In this document: positions 12,391-22,728 of the stretch, piece by piece
Layout: each line of letters opens with the position of its first letter
How positions within the stretch are numbered: position 1 is the stretch's first letter
Program-made: the position numbers and the translations under genes
The notes under the pieces: model-generated
What the model saw: only the letters and a program-made list of their open reading frames with translations
Told to the model about the DNA's origin: nothing
The model's database searches: none
NCBI RefSeq assembly: GCF_001194135.2
Contig: NC_069005.1
Location: forward strand, 16,543,928-16,579,228
Length of the DNA: 35,301 bases
Source: Octopus bimaculoides
Taxonomy: Eukaryota
Direction: 5' to 3'

Positions 12391-12425
<35 letters not shown>
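9505..12425 (+). mobile_element. RTE-clade LINE, 5'-truncated, rearranged and frameshifted, with 3'UTR and (GAT)n tail
   Basis: KAPGPSGI, NYRGIKLL, QFGFVPGRNTTDAIF, FVNLEKAFDRVPR and HQGSVLCPLLF motifs; C-terminal GTCRRGRPKKTWDEVV. Confidence 0.93.
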
Positions 12426-12439
12426 ATATATCTATATAT

Positions 12440-13308
12440 AAAGTAATGGTTGTTATCATCTCAACGAGGTTGTTCCACACAGAACACTGTTACTACTCTT
12501 TTTAAACCCAGGAGGGCATCTCCTCCAGCTGGTTAACAACACACTATCTGTGTCCATTATATTACAAACAAGGGAGCGAACAACTCCCATCAAGCACTGA
12601 CAGGAACCAATAGACTAGCTGGTTTCTGGGTATAGCTCTTCGTCAGTACTGGCTATACTTGTCTCATAGACATGGCAGTCATTCATTCCAGTTTGCAATA
12701 TACACATAAGCAACACACAGCTACTGATCTTACATCCCGCAAATTAGCTAGTTCTAAAATCTCTATGCGAGATACAAGTAATAACTCTACCGGAAAGTAA
12801 TAGCTGTTACCACCTCAATGAGGTTGTTCCATACAGAACACTGTTTTTACTCTTTTTAACCCCAGGGGGACATCTTCTTCAGCTGGTTAACAACACTCTG
12901 TCTGTGTCCGTTATATTGCAAACAAGGGAGCAAACAATTCTCATCTAGCACTGACAGGATCAGCAGATGTGTATCACTTATTTATTTATATATTGCAAAC
13001 TGGGACGAATGACTGCCCATGTCTAGCAGACATGTATTACCAGTACCTATGAAGAGTTATACTTGGAAGCTAGTTAGTCTATTGGTTCCTGTCAGTGCTA
13101 AATGGGAATTATTTGCTCCTTTGTTTGCAATATAACGGACACAGAGTGTTGTTAATCAGCTAGAAGAGATGTCCTCCTGGGGTCAAAAAGCGTAGTAACA
13201 GTGTTCTGTATGGAACAACCTCGTTGAAGTGGTAACAACCATTACTTTTCAGTAGACTTACTACTTGCATCTCACATAGAGATTTTAGAACTAGCTATTT
13301 TGCTGGAT
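12440..13308. mobile_element. Tandem plus inverted cluster of an approx. 350-bp hammerhead-bearing repeat (family B, Penelope-pLTR-like)
   Basis: Direct copies at 12440-12730 and 12733-12958, inverted copy at 12958-13308. Minus 12607-12652 reads CCAGTA CTGACGA AGAG CTATA CCCA GAAAC CAGCTA GTC TATTGG; a degenerate plus copy lies at 13040-13085. Confidence 0.72.
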
Positions 13309-13547
13309 ATATATATATATAGCTAATAGTGAGGGATTATCAATCTTGGCAAAATACTTTGTAAGCTCTCTGTTGGCACACCAAGCTAACAATATTGTTT
13401 AGATTAGTGAAGAACTCCAAGTATTCTTATGATAGGATCCAAGGTTATGGTTCATCACAACTTCTATATTGTAAATCTGTGACTGGGCTCCAAACTGGTT
13501 TTTACACAGAGTGATATATAAGACAAGACATAAATAATGGTCATTAG

Positions 13548-14893
13548 ATATTTTTCCTTTATTAGGGTAAATTTGATGTACAAATGTTTCCAGTAGTCAT
13601 TAGAGGTACGTTACTCAATCGGTCTATTGATTAGTTGAGAAAAATTGAACAATCTAAAAAAAAATTAATGCTTAAGGCAAGGAGAATAGAGAAAAAGAGG
13701 AAAAAAAAGTTACAAGAAGGTGAAGAGAAGGAAGGAAAGAATAGAGGAAGGAGTCACTTAATAGGAGGGAGAGAGGATGGGTGAAATTTGTGAAAAGGAC
13801 AGTCACAGAAGATTAGTGTTTGTAATCAGGTCAACACACATGAACATATTTGCATTGTTTTTAGGTTAGGTATTCTCGAAATGTTGTGTTGAAATTTGAT
13901 AGGGGTCATTTACACACATGGTCACCTTAAGTCTTTAATATTTGGTCATAGGTGCTATCAAGCATAGTAGGGGAATCTTAATGACTTGTAGGCACATGGC
14001 ATTTCATTATGTAACCATAATATGCTACAAAGTATAAAACATTTTTATAAGTTAATACCATGTACTACTGTGTTAGCAGTACACTTAAATCATGTTAAGG
14101 CCACCTCTACAGATTTTCTCTAGAAATTATAGCCAGCACTGATTTTGTTATGATGTTTTGTATCTGAGATATCAGATGTAAACAAACAATGAAATCAAAG
14201 ATGAAAAACTGAGTAATGGGTGTTATATGTCATATTTTGGGAGATTTTGCACCTTCATCAGCATCCATTTAATTCATTAATCCACGGACTCATTGATTAA
14301 ATAGCCAATGTAAATTGGTACATCCAAGAACATTACACTACTATATGTAGTGACTATTTAAGCAATGAATCTGTAGATGATTAATTGATTTTGCCTCATT
14401 TCAGACTCACATCTCTCAATATAATCAGAGCATTCTGCACATCACAATATGATTACCACTGATATTCCATTCATTTTCTGATACAATTCCCCTACTATGC
14501 TTGATAGCACCAATGACCAAATATTAAAGACATAAGTTGACCATGTGTGTAAACAGCCCATATCAAATTTCAACACAATATTTGGAGAATATCCAACCCT
14601 AAAACAATGCAAATATGTTCATGTATTGATCTGATTACAAACACTGTTTTATGACTCTATTCTACTTACTACTTTCGCTCTTTTCCTTCCTCCTCCATGC
14701 CTGTACCATTCCTTCAGTGTTTTGCTTTGTTGTAACCAGAAATGGCTCTGATGAAAGTAGCATTAATTTGTTTAGGTCGTTCAATTTTTCTCAATTGATC
14801 AATAGACCAATTAAGTAAACCTATCAGTAAAGTACCTATAAAAAATACTGGAAACATTTGTACACCAAATTTACTCTAATAAAGGAAAAATAT
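13548..14893. repeat. Approx. 420-bp inverted repeat pair (13548-13977 and 14475-14893) around an approx. 500-bp spacer
   Basis: For example aggtgctatcaagcatagtaggggaat vs attcccctactatgcttgatagcacc, and ggtaaatttgatgtacaaatgtttccagta vs tactggaaacatttgtacaccaaatttact. Confidence 0.85.
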
Positions 14894-14939
14894 GTAATTT
14901 ATACCTTCTCTCTCTCTCTCTTTGTCTCTCACTCTCTCT

Positions 14940-15450
14940 CTCTCTCTTGCTGAGTAACCATGTACCTCCTCTATAGCAAGGCATCCATTTCTGCCTCTTT
15001 ATTTCTTTGTCACACTCTAACCTTTCATCATCTGACACCAGATCACCTCCTTTAATGCCCCCTCCATTATAGCAAGACACCTGTTTCTGCTTCTTTGTCT
15101 CTCTTTCATCTTCTGACACAAGTTCCTTCCCCTCTCAAAATTCCTTGCCTTGCTAATTACTTGGCTACCCTACCAGTGCTGGTGCCACATAAAAAGCATC
15201 CAGTCCATACTGTAAAGTGGCTGGCATTTGGAAGGGTAACTAGCTGTAAAATCAAGCCAAAACTAACCTCACCAGTGCTAGTTTCACATAAAAAGCACTG
15301 AGTCCACTCTGTAGAGTCGTTAGTGCTAGGAAGGGCATCCAGTTGTAAAAACAATGCCAAAACAGACACAGTAGCCTGGAGGCGTTTTCTATCTGGACAG
15401 CTTCTGTCAACTGTCCTACCCATGCATGCATGCATGGAATATGGACATCA

Positions 15451-15485
<35 letters not shown>
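14940..15485 (+). repeat. Second copy of the 3400-3958 repeat with RTE-type tail
   Basis: Direct homology to 3420-3958. Confidence 0.7.
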
Positions 15486-15918
15486 CTGTATATATCTATA
15501 CTTTTTTTGACAAGGCTTTACAAACAGCTGTTCTACTGGAACAATGATGGTCATGTTTCCAAAATACATTTGCATTCTATATCTAGTTCTTTCACATTAG
15601 TGGACTACCAAGTTTGTCAAGTTGAAACCTTTCATAACTGCACAGGTAAGCAAGAAGGCAGGTAGGCAGAGTTCAATGCATGCAAGTAGTATGTAAGTGA
15701 GTTAAGAATTGTACATCTAGTTGTCTCCCTTTACATGAAACGGTAACTTAGCCATTTGATACATAGTAAGCAATAAAATACAGGGCAATAAATCAGAACT
15801 AGAGTCAATATGATTGAATAAAGGCCCTTGAAGGTTGTGTCCAAGAATGGCCAGAACAGAATAACTGAAACTAAGTAAAGAATAAAAGAATACATAGAAA
15901 ATATACTGTTTCAATCAT

Positions 15919-15927
15919 AAAGGATAC
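15919..15927 (-). other. U12-type (minor spliceosome) 5' splice site of the TMEM107 intron after coding exon 3
   Basis: Plus-strand aaaggatac reads GTATCCTTT on minus, an exact match to the RTATCCTTT U12 donor consensus, at the exon 3 boundary. Confidence 0.88.
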
Positions 15928-16028
15928 AAAATATACACTGAGAACCAATGAACATAGTTGTACCACTGAGGAATCCAAGGAATTCACAGGTAAACATCAC
16001 ATAAGATAGGCTGAGTGCAACCACAAAT
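15928..16028 (-). CDS. TMEM107: TMEM107 coding exon 3 (A+FVVALSLSYVMFTCEFLGFLSGTTMFIGSQCIF+T)
   Basis: 101 nt, acceptor ttcaattttcag|, donor |GTATCCTTT. Matches recalled LVAALSVTLGLFAVELAGFLSGVSMFNSTQSLI; frame is continuous with exon 2. Confidence 0.92.
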
Positions 16029-16057
16029 CTGAAAATTGAAATAAAAAGAAACTCACA

Positions 16058-16125
<68 letters not shown>

Positions 16126-16510
16126 AATTCAACTTATATTGAAAGTTAACAAAGTTTGCTTTAGAAGTGTTGAGATGTATTGAAAGATACAGACAAGGAA
16201 ATGATTTTATTCTCAAATGCAGGATAATGCTAATAATATAAAATTATTTTTTTATCTGTATGTTTTATATGTGTATGTATGTATGTATGTATGTATGTAT
16301 GTATGTATGTATGTATGCAGGTATGTATGTATGTAAGTATGTATGTATACATGCATGCATGCATGTATGTGTGTGTATATATATATATATATAATGGAAA
16401 AATTATACAAAATGTATAAATAGATGATGAGTAAAGCACATTGCACAGTTTAGGTTATCTATTGTTATCCGTAGAGTTATTGCAGGAACTTCATAGTGGC
16501 AGTTGGGGTA

Positions 16511-16826
16511 ATAGTAATAAAATAGGAGATGGAATGTCTAATAGATTTTATAGAGCACAACACATGTGTCGACACGTCATTCTGGGTCTCTTTGGATACA
16601 TCAATAAAAATGTCCCACTAGAGATTTCTTGGGTCGACTTACATACTGCTATATGTCCATCAAATTCTCAAATTTGATGGACATATAGCAGTACATGAGT
16701 GGACCCAAAAAATGTCTAGTGAGACTTTTTTATTGATGTACTTGAAAAGACCCAGAACAACGGGTCGAAACATGTGTTGCGCTCAATAAAATCTATTATA
16801 CATTTCATCTCCTATCTTATTACTAT
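16511..16826. mobile_element. Approx. 316-bp hairpin with a 4-nt loop and paired decayed hammerhead motifs (family C)
   Basis: Arms are centred on ccatcaaatt-ctca-aatttgatgg. Plus 16728-16791 reads TTTTATTGATGTAC TTGAAAA GACCC AGAACAAC GGGTC GAAAC ATGT GTT GCGC TCAATAAAA. Confidence 0.72.
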
Positions 16827-16851
16827 GTATATATATATATATATATATATA

Positions 16852-17105
16852 GTTATCGCCAAGCCAACATGGCAGTCCCAAAATTAGGACGAAAGCTGCC
16901 GTGAATTAGCTCCAAGAAGCCATCGCCTCTAGCTAGCTATGTGACACACGAAACCTGTGTCCTTTATAACCTTCGAACAGGGGAGGTCAGCAGTGTCCCC
17001 CTGCTGGTTTGGCATCTGCAGACTAGTTTCAGGGTGTTGCCCCTTGTCAATGAAGAGCAGCCAAGCCCTAGCCAGGCGGCGCTGCTGACTGTCTGTTCGA
17101 AAGTT
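16852..17105. other. GC-rich segment with nested hairpins, probably a repeat-derived structured sequence
   Basis: TTCGAACAG/CTGTTCGAA, GTCAGCAG/CTGCTGAC, TTTGGC/GCCAAG and CATGGCAG/CTGCCGTG pairings. Confidence 0.45.
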
Positions 17106-18509
17106 ATTTATCTAATTTCAGTGGAATCTATCCACTGGTTTTCAGAAATAGAGTTATTNNNNNNNNNNNNNNNNNNNNNNNNNNNNNNNNNNNNNNNNNN
17201 NNNNNNNNNNNNNNNNNNNNNNNNNNNNNNNNNNNNNNNNNNNNNNNNNNNNNNNNNNNNNNNNNNNNNNNNNNNNNNNNNNNNNNNNNNNNNNNNNNNN
17301 NNNNNNNNNNNNNNNNNNNNNNNNNNNNNNNNNNNNNNNNNNNNNNNNNNNNNNNNNNNNNNNNNNNNNNNNNNNNNNNNNNNNNNNNNNNNNNNNNNNN
17401 NNNNNNNNNNNNNNNNNNNNNNNNNNNNNNNNNNNNNNNNNNNNNNNNNNNNNNNNNNNNNNNNNNNNNNNNNNNNNNNNNNNNNNNNNNNNNNNNNNNN
17501 NNNNNNNNNNNNNNNNNNNNNNNNNNNNNNNNNNNNNNNNNNNNNNNNNNNNNNNNNNNNNNNNNNNNNNNNNNNNNNNNNNNNNNNNNNNNNNNNNNNN
17601 NNNNNNNNNNNNNNNNNNNNNNNNNNNNNNNNNNNNNNNNNNNNNNNNNNNNNNNNNNNNNNNNNNNNNNNNNNNATTATTTTACATATATTTTTTATTG
17701 GATGAATGTAAGTTCATCCTTTAATTGGAATTATTTCCAAAGATTTCTAATGTCTTTTTTTCATACTTTACTTTTGAATTTACTTATATAAATTTGTATA
17801 AGTATGAAAGCTAGTATAGAAATAATCAGTATATGATTTAATTTATTAAACAAAGTTCAACAAATTCATTCATATTTATGTAATGGAGGAGATTAGATGT
17901 TAAAATGGATTATAGTTTTTATTTTTCATGCTGCTATACAATTTGTTTCATATGAAAAGACTCAGATATTCATAATAGAAAATCGTAATAGTCATATTTG
18001 TACTTGTCATTAGCTGGTATAAAAACTAAAAAAGATGTTAGAAGTACATAGATTTTCTCTTAGTTATCATTTTGGAATTAGTGCATTTGTTCTTGCAGTC
18101 ATGTCTATTTGAATGTAAGAATAATGTAACACAAGGATGGAGGATATACTGTGGCATACCAAGAGGTGGGGGAGAGCAGTCTACCCCAGTCAGTACAGTT
18201 TATTAGTATTAATAAATCATTAATAAAAAGCAGTATAAATATTATAGACTTTAATAATGTATAGTAGCTATTAAAATTTCCTTAAAATTTAAACTTATCA
18301 TCAGTAAACTTGTATTGTGTGTTAATATTGAATAACAGTATAATATTGTTAATACAGTAATATTGTGTGTTACTGGATAAGACAGTGTGTCGATGATGTT
18401 CAGAAAGTTGATTATTTTTTAGGTTGGTCTATACTCTATTTGGTTTTATTCATATAAATTTACAATATCACTGATATAATTTGAGCTGGAGCAAATTAAG
18501 GACAGTGAT

Positions 18510-19612
18510 GCAGCATGGGTTGGACGGTTTGACTGAGGGATGGCAAGCCAGAAGGCTGCACCAGGCCCCAATCTGATCTAGCAAAGTTTCTACAGCTGGA
18601 TGCCCTTCCTAACGCCAACCACTCCGAGAGTGTAGTGGGTGCTTTTTATGTGCCATCGGCACGAGGGCTAGTCAAGCAGTGCTGGCATCAACCATGCTTG
18701 AATGGTGCTTTTTACATGCCACCGGTATGGGAGTCAGTCAGGTGGCACTGGCAACAACCACACTTGAATGGTGCTTTTTATGTGCTACCGACACAGGATC
18801 AGTCAGCTGGCACTGGCATCATCCACGCTCAAATGGTGCTTTTTATGTGCCACCGGCACAAGAGCCAGTCAGGCAGCACTGGAAATGATCACACTCGAAT
18901 GGTGCTTTTTACTGGGCCACCAGTACAGGTGCCAATCAGGCAGTACTGTCACTGGCCAGAACAATGACTTCACTTGACTCAACAGGTCTTTGCAAGCACA
19001 GTTTATTGCCCAATGATTGAAAGGTACTCTTAAATAAGCCAGTTATACTGCACTGGGATAGGCCATAGATATGGTCTCACTTGTTTTGCCAAGGTCTTCT
19101 CAAGCACAGCATATCTCCAAAGGTCTCGGTCACTTGTCATCACCTCCATGAAGCCCAATGTTCGAAGGTCATGCTTCGCCACCTCATCCCAGGTCTTCCT
19201 GAGTCTACCTCTTCTACAGGTTCCCTCTACTACTAGGATATGATACTTTTTCACATAGCTTTCCTCATCCATACGCAACACATGACCATACCAGTGCACC
19301 ACATCTGATGCTTCTGGTCAACTTTTCTCTCAGGGCGCTTACACTCTGTCATATATACACACTGACATTACACATTCAACGGAGCATACTAGCTTCATTC
19401 CTTGCAAGCTTACGCATGTCCTCAGCAGTCACGGCCCATGTTTCACTGCCATGTAGCATGGCTGTTCACACATATGTGTCATACAGTCTACCTTTTACTC
19501 TGAGCAAGAGGCCCTTTGTCACCGGTAGAGGTAGGAGCTCTCTGAACTTTGCCCAGGCTATTCTTATTCTAGCAGCTACACTCTCAGAGCATCCACCCCC
19601 ACTAATGTAGAT
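18510..19612 (-). mobile_element. RTE LINE 3' fragment with an expanded approx. 60-bp tandem unit in its 3'UTR
   Basis: ORF HWYGHVLRMDEES..GTCRRGRLRKTWDEVAKHD; repeated aatggtgctttttatgtgcca..ggcactggca units at 18635-18960. Confidence 0.85.
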
Positions 19613-19624
19613 AAAGAAAACAAT

Positions 19625-20525
19625 GCCACATTTTGAACCTGAGAAAAGTCTTGCATAGTTTTATTGTTCCACTTACAGGTTGTATTTGTAATATGCGAAT
19701 CAGTTGGTTGATTTCTTTTTCTGAAAATCCATGCTTATCCAGTCTAAAAGTTAAGCGATTACTTACAAAACCAAATTATTATTGGTATAAATGTAAATTT
19801 ATAATCCAGAAGTTGGAGGTTTCAAAGCAGTTGTCCATAGTTATCTTCTTTCTCTTTGATTTTCAAAGAGATATTCACATCAGCAAGACAGCTGATCTTT
19901 ATGACAGTACATACTTTTTCTTGTCTGTCCCAAACAACAACATCTGGCCTGTTAAGCTTACACTTGACAGATGTTTTGATGGGAATGTCCCACCAGTATT
20001 CCATGTACTGTATATGTATACATATTCAGTAACAGGGGATTCTCTATATCTATTATGGGACAGTCTTTTTTTCTGAATGACATTGTATATTGCTTTTGAG
20101 CCAATGTCATGTCACATAAGGAGGTAGTACCTTGATGACATTTTTGGGTAGCTGTTAATCACGTGTGATGTCTTCTGCAGAAATATGATATAATCTACAT
20201 TTATGGTTGCATCTTGGAACTCCAAGAGGTTCACTGTCTCTTTAGGTATTTAGTAGCAATCTCCTGTCCTTGGATTGCAAATGCATAACCTTCGAAGTAT
20301 GATGTGATGTAGCAGTCACATGTCAAAGAGAGGCTTCACTTCATGTCAATGTTACTATACCCATGCATGATGGATTTTGATATGCTGAGTGTTTCACTTT
20401 CAGCTCTTCTTTGAGGTAGGCTAGTCCAGCTAATTTGGAGTTGTATGGCAGGTCATCAGGAAGAGAGTACTTCCTGAGGAGCTCACTTCCAACATGTAGG
20501 ATATTGTTTTCTTTACTTTTCAGCA
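19625..20525 (-). mobile_element. R4/Dong-like non-LTR retrotransposon remnant (restriction-like endonuclease region)
   Basis: WWDIPIKTSVKCKLNRPDVVVWDRQEKVCTVIKISCLADVNISLKIKEKEDNY is a PD..D-type RLE motif. Homologous to 24960-25900. Confidence 0.75.
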
Positions 20526-20598
20526 CTTATATGTAATTATATATATACATCACATAGTAAATATATTTCTTTAAAACACTAAATTGAATTGTACTCAC

Positions 20599-20666
20599 TC
20601 AGTTTGCTTACTGCTGTACTCCTCTGGTGTATAACTTAGAGGTAGAGATTGCATTACATTTCGTTC
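20599..20666 (-). CDS. TMEM107: TMEM107 coding exon 2 (ERNVMQSLPLSYTPEEYSSKQT+GA)
   Basis: 68 nt, flanked by ttttatattttaactcag| and |gtgagt. Matches recalled DSNIQACLPLTFTPEEYDKQDIQ; phase is compatible with exons 1 and 3. Confidence 0.93.
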
Positions 20667-20844
20667 CTGAGTTAAAATATAAAAGATATATATAAACATA
20701 TTTCAACCAGATATCAACTTAAAAATTATCTCAAAGTAAACCAAAGTAAACCAGACAATAATTTAGTGAACAGGAAAGGTACAAAATACACTATGCTACT
20801 GCCAACTAGAATGTGATCATGCTTGAAATGCAGAAAAGGTGTAG

Positions 20845-21096
20845 ATAGAAGCTCCATATAGAAGCTCCATATAGAAGCTCCATATAGAAGCTCCATATAG
20901 AAGCTCCATATAGAAGCTCCATATAGAAGCTCCATATAGAAGCTCCATATAGAAGCTCCATATAGAAGCTCCATATAGAAGCTCCATATAGAAGCTCCAT
21001 ATAGAAGCTCCATATAGAAGCTCCATATAGAAGCTCCATATAGAAGCTCCATATAGAAGCTCCATATAGAAGCTCCATATAGAAGCTCCATATAGA
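20845..21096. repeat. Perfect 13-bp minisatellite (TAGAAGCTCCATA) x about 19
   Basis: Exact 13-nt periodicity over about 252 bp; explains the three overlapping MELLYGASIWSFY ORFs. Confidence 0.97.
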
Positions 21097-21191
21097 GTAT
21101 TCAATGTAAACTATAATTTGTCTACAGCTGTGCTGTGCTATTCTTCTCCTTGGTGAAAATATATCTCAAAGACATACTCAAAGATAAGAAT

Positions 21192-21745
21192 CATCATCAT
21201 CATCATCACCATCCTTTAACATCTGCTTTCCATGCTGGCATGGGTTGGATGGTTTGAATGACAACTGGTAAGCTGTGGTGAGGGCACACCAGGTTCCGAT
21301 CTAATTTGGCATGGTTTCTACAGCTGGATGTCCTTCCCAACACCAACCACTCCAAGAGTATAATGAGTGTTTTTTTTACATGCCACTGGCATGAGTGCCA
21401 ATGACCTGATGCTGGCATCAGCCACAACTATGATCTCACTTGGCTTGACAGGTCTACACAAGCATGGTATATTGCCAAAGATTTTGGTCACCTGTCACTG
21501 CCTCCATGAAGCCCAATGCTCAAATGGTGGTTTTTGCATGCCACTGGAATGGGTACCAGTCAGGTGGCACTGGCATCAGCCACAACTACAATTTCATTCG
21601 GTTCAACAGATCTTCACAAGCACAGCTTATCCCCAAACAATTGAAGGGTGCTTTCAATGGGACAGTTACGCGACACTAGCATCGACCACAACTACGATCT
21701 CACTTGGCTTGATGTCACAGCCTCCATGAGGCCCAATGCTCAAAC
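21192..21745 (-). mobile_element. RTE-type 3' tail with an internal duplication
   Basis: (CAT)n tail and conserved tail sequence; the block cacaactatgatctcacttggcttga occurs twice. Confidence 0.7.
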
Positions 21746-22129
21746 AGTGCTTTATATATATATATATATATATATATNNNNNNNNNNTATATTGAACACT
21801 CAATATTTCATCTACATTCAATACTTTATTTCATGGTGCCATCCATTTTTATTTTATTTTATATTATATATTGTATATTATATTATATATTGTATATTCC
21901 ATATTCTATACCCCACATTAGTTCTGCAGGAATATAAATAAAACATAAAAAACAGAGTGTTGGAACTCTTTTAAGCAAAATAATATATTCCTCTATACAC
22001 AATCATACAAAAAAATCCACCTTTTTTTGTATTTATTTTTACTCGCATATATATATATATATATACGTATATATATATATACATATATATATATACACAC
22101 ACATATATATATACATACATATAATATAT

Positions 22130-22358
22130 ATGGCCGTTGCCAGTACCGCCTGACTGGCCCTCATGTCGATCGCACATAAAAAGCACCCTCTACACTCTCG
22201 GAGTGGTTGGTGTTAGGAAGGGCATCCAGCTGTAGAAACTTTGCCAGATCAGATTGGAGCCTGGTGTAGCCATCCGGTTCACCAGTCCTCAGTCAAATCA
22301 TCCAACCCATGCTAGCATGGAAAGCGGACGTTAAACGATGATGATGATGATGATGATG
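22130..22358 (+). mobile_element. RTE-type 3' tail
   Basis: gagtggttggtgttaggaagggcatccagctgtag..gcatggaaagcggacgttaaac(gat)n. Confidence 0.8.
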
Positions 22359-22544
22359 ATATATATTATATACACACATATACACACGTTTCATATACAA
22401 GACACATTTTAACATTCATTGTTGTACCTTTAAACAACAACAAAAACGATCATGTTGTTAAATGGAAATTTTTGAAGGTTCTAGCAACTGTGTTCTATAA
22501 TTGTAGTTCCAATACAAAATGTAAACATGTGCATACTTGCGCAT

Positions 22545-22728
22545 ATATTACCTGTTCTATATTCAAACAAGCCAGATCTGGTCTCTCACACATACCTTAC
22601 CATGTCATTATAAAAATAAACAATCACATGATCAAAATCTTGAAGTGACAAGTTAATGTCTGATTAATTTAAAACAATGAGAATAAATAAGCATTACATT
22701 TGACAGTGTAATCTGAATGCTAAAGGAA
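22545..22728 (+). mobile_element. piggyBac-like MITE fragment (right end)
   Basis: Homologous to 3190-3330; ends ctgaatgctaaagg. Confidence 0.45.

Noticed and set aside
14094-14100. CCTTAAC U12 branch-point-like motif on minus
   Set aside because: All nearby AG acceptors lead to stop codons in the required phase, with no TMEM107-like peptide.
20726-21104. Three ORFs of repeating MELLYGASIWSFY, and a possible CRISPR-like array
   Set aside because: These come from a stop-free 13-bp minisatellite. There are no spacers and the context is eukaryotic.
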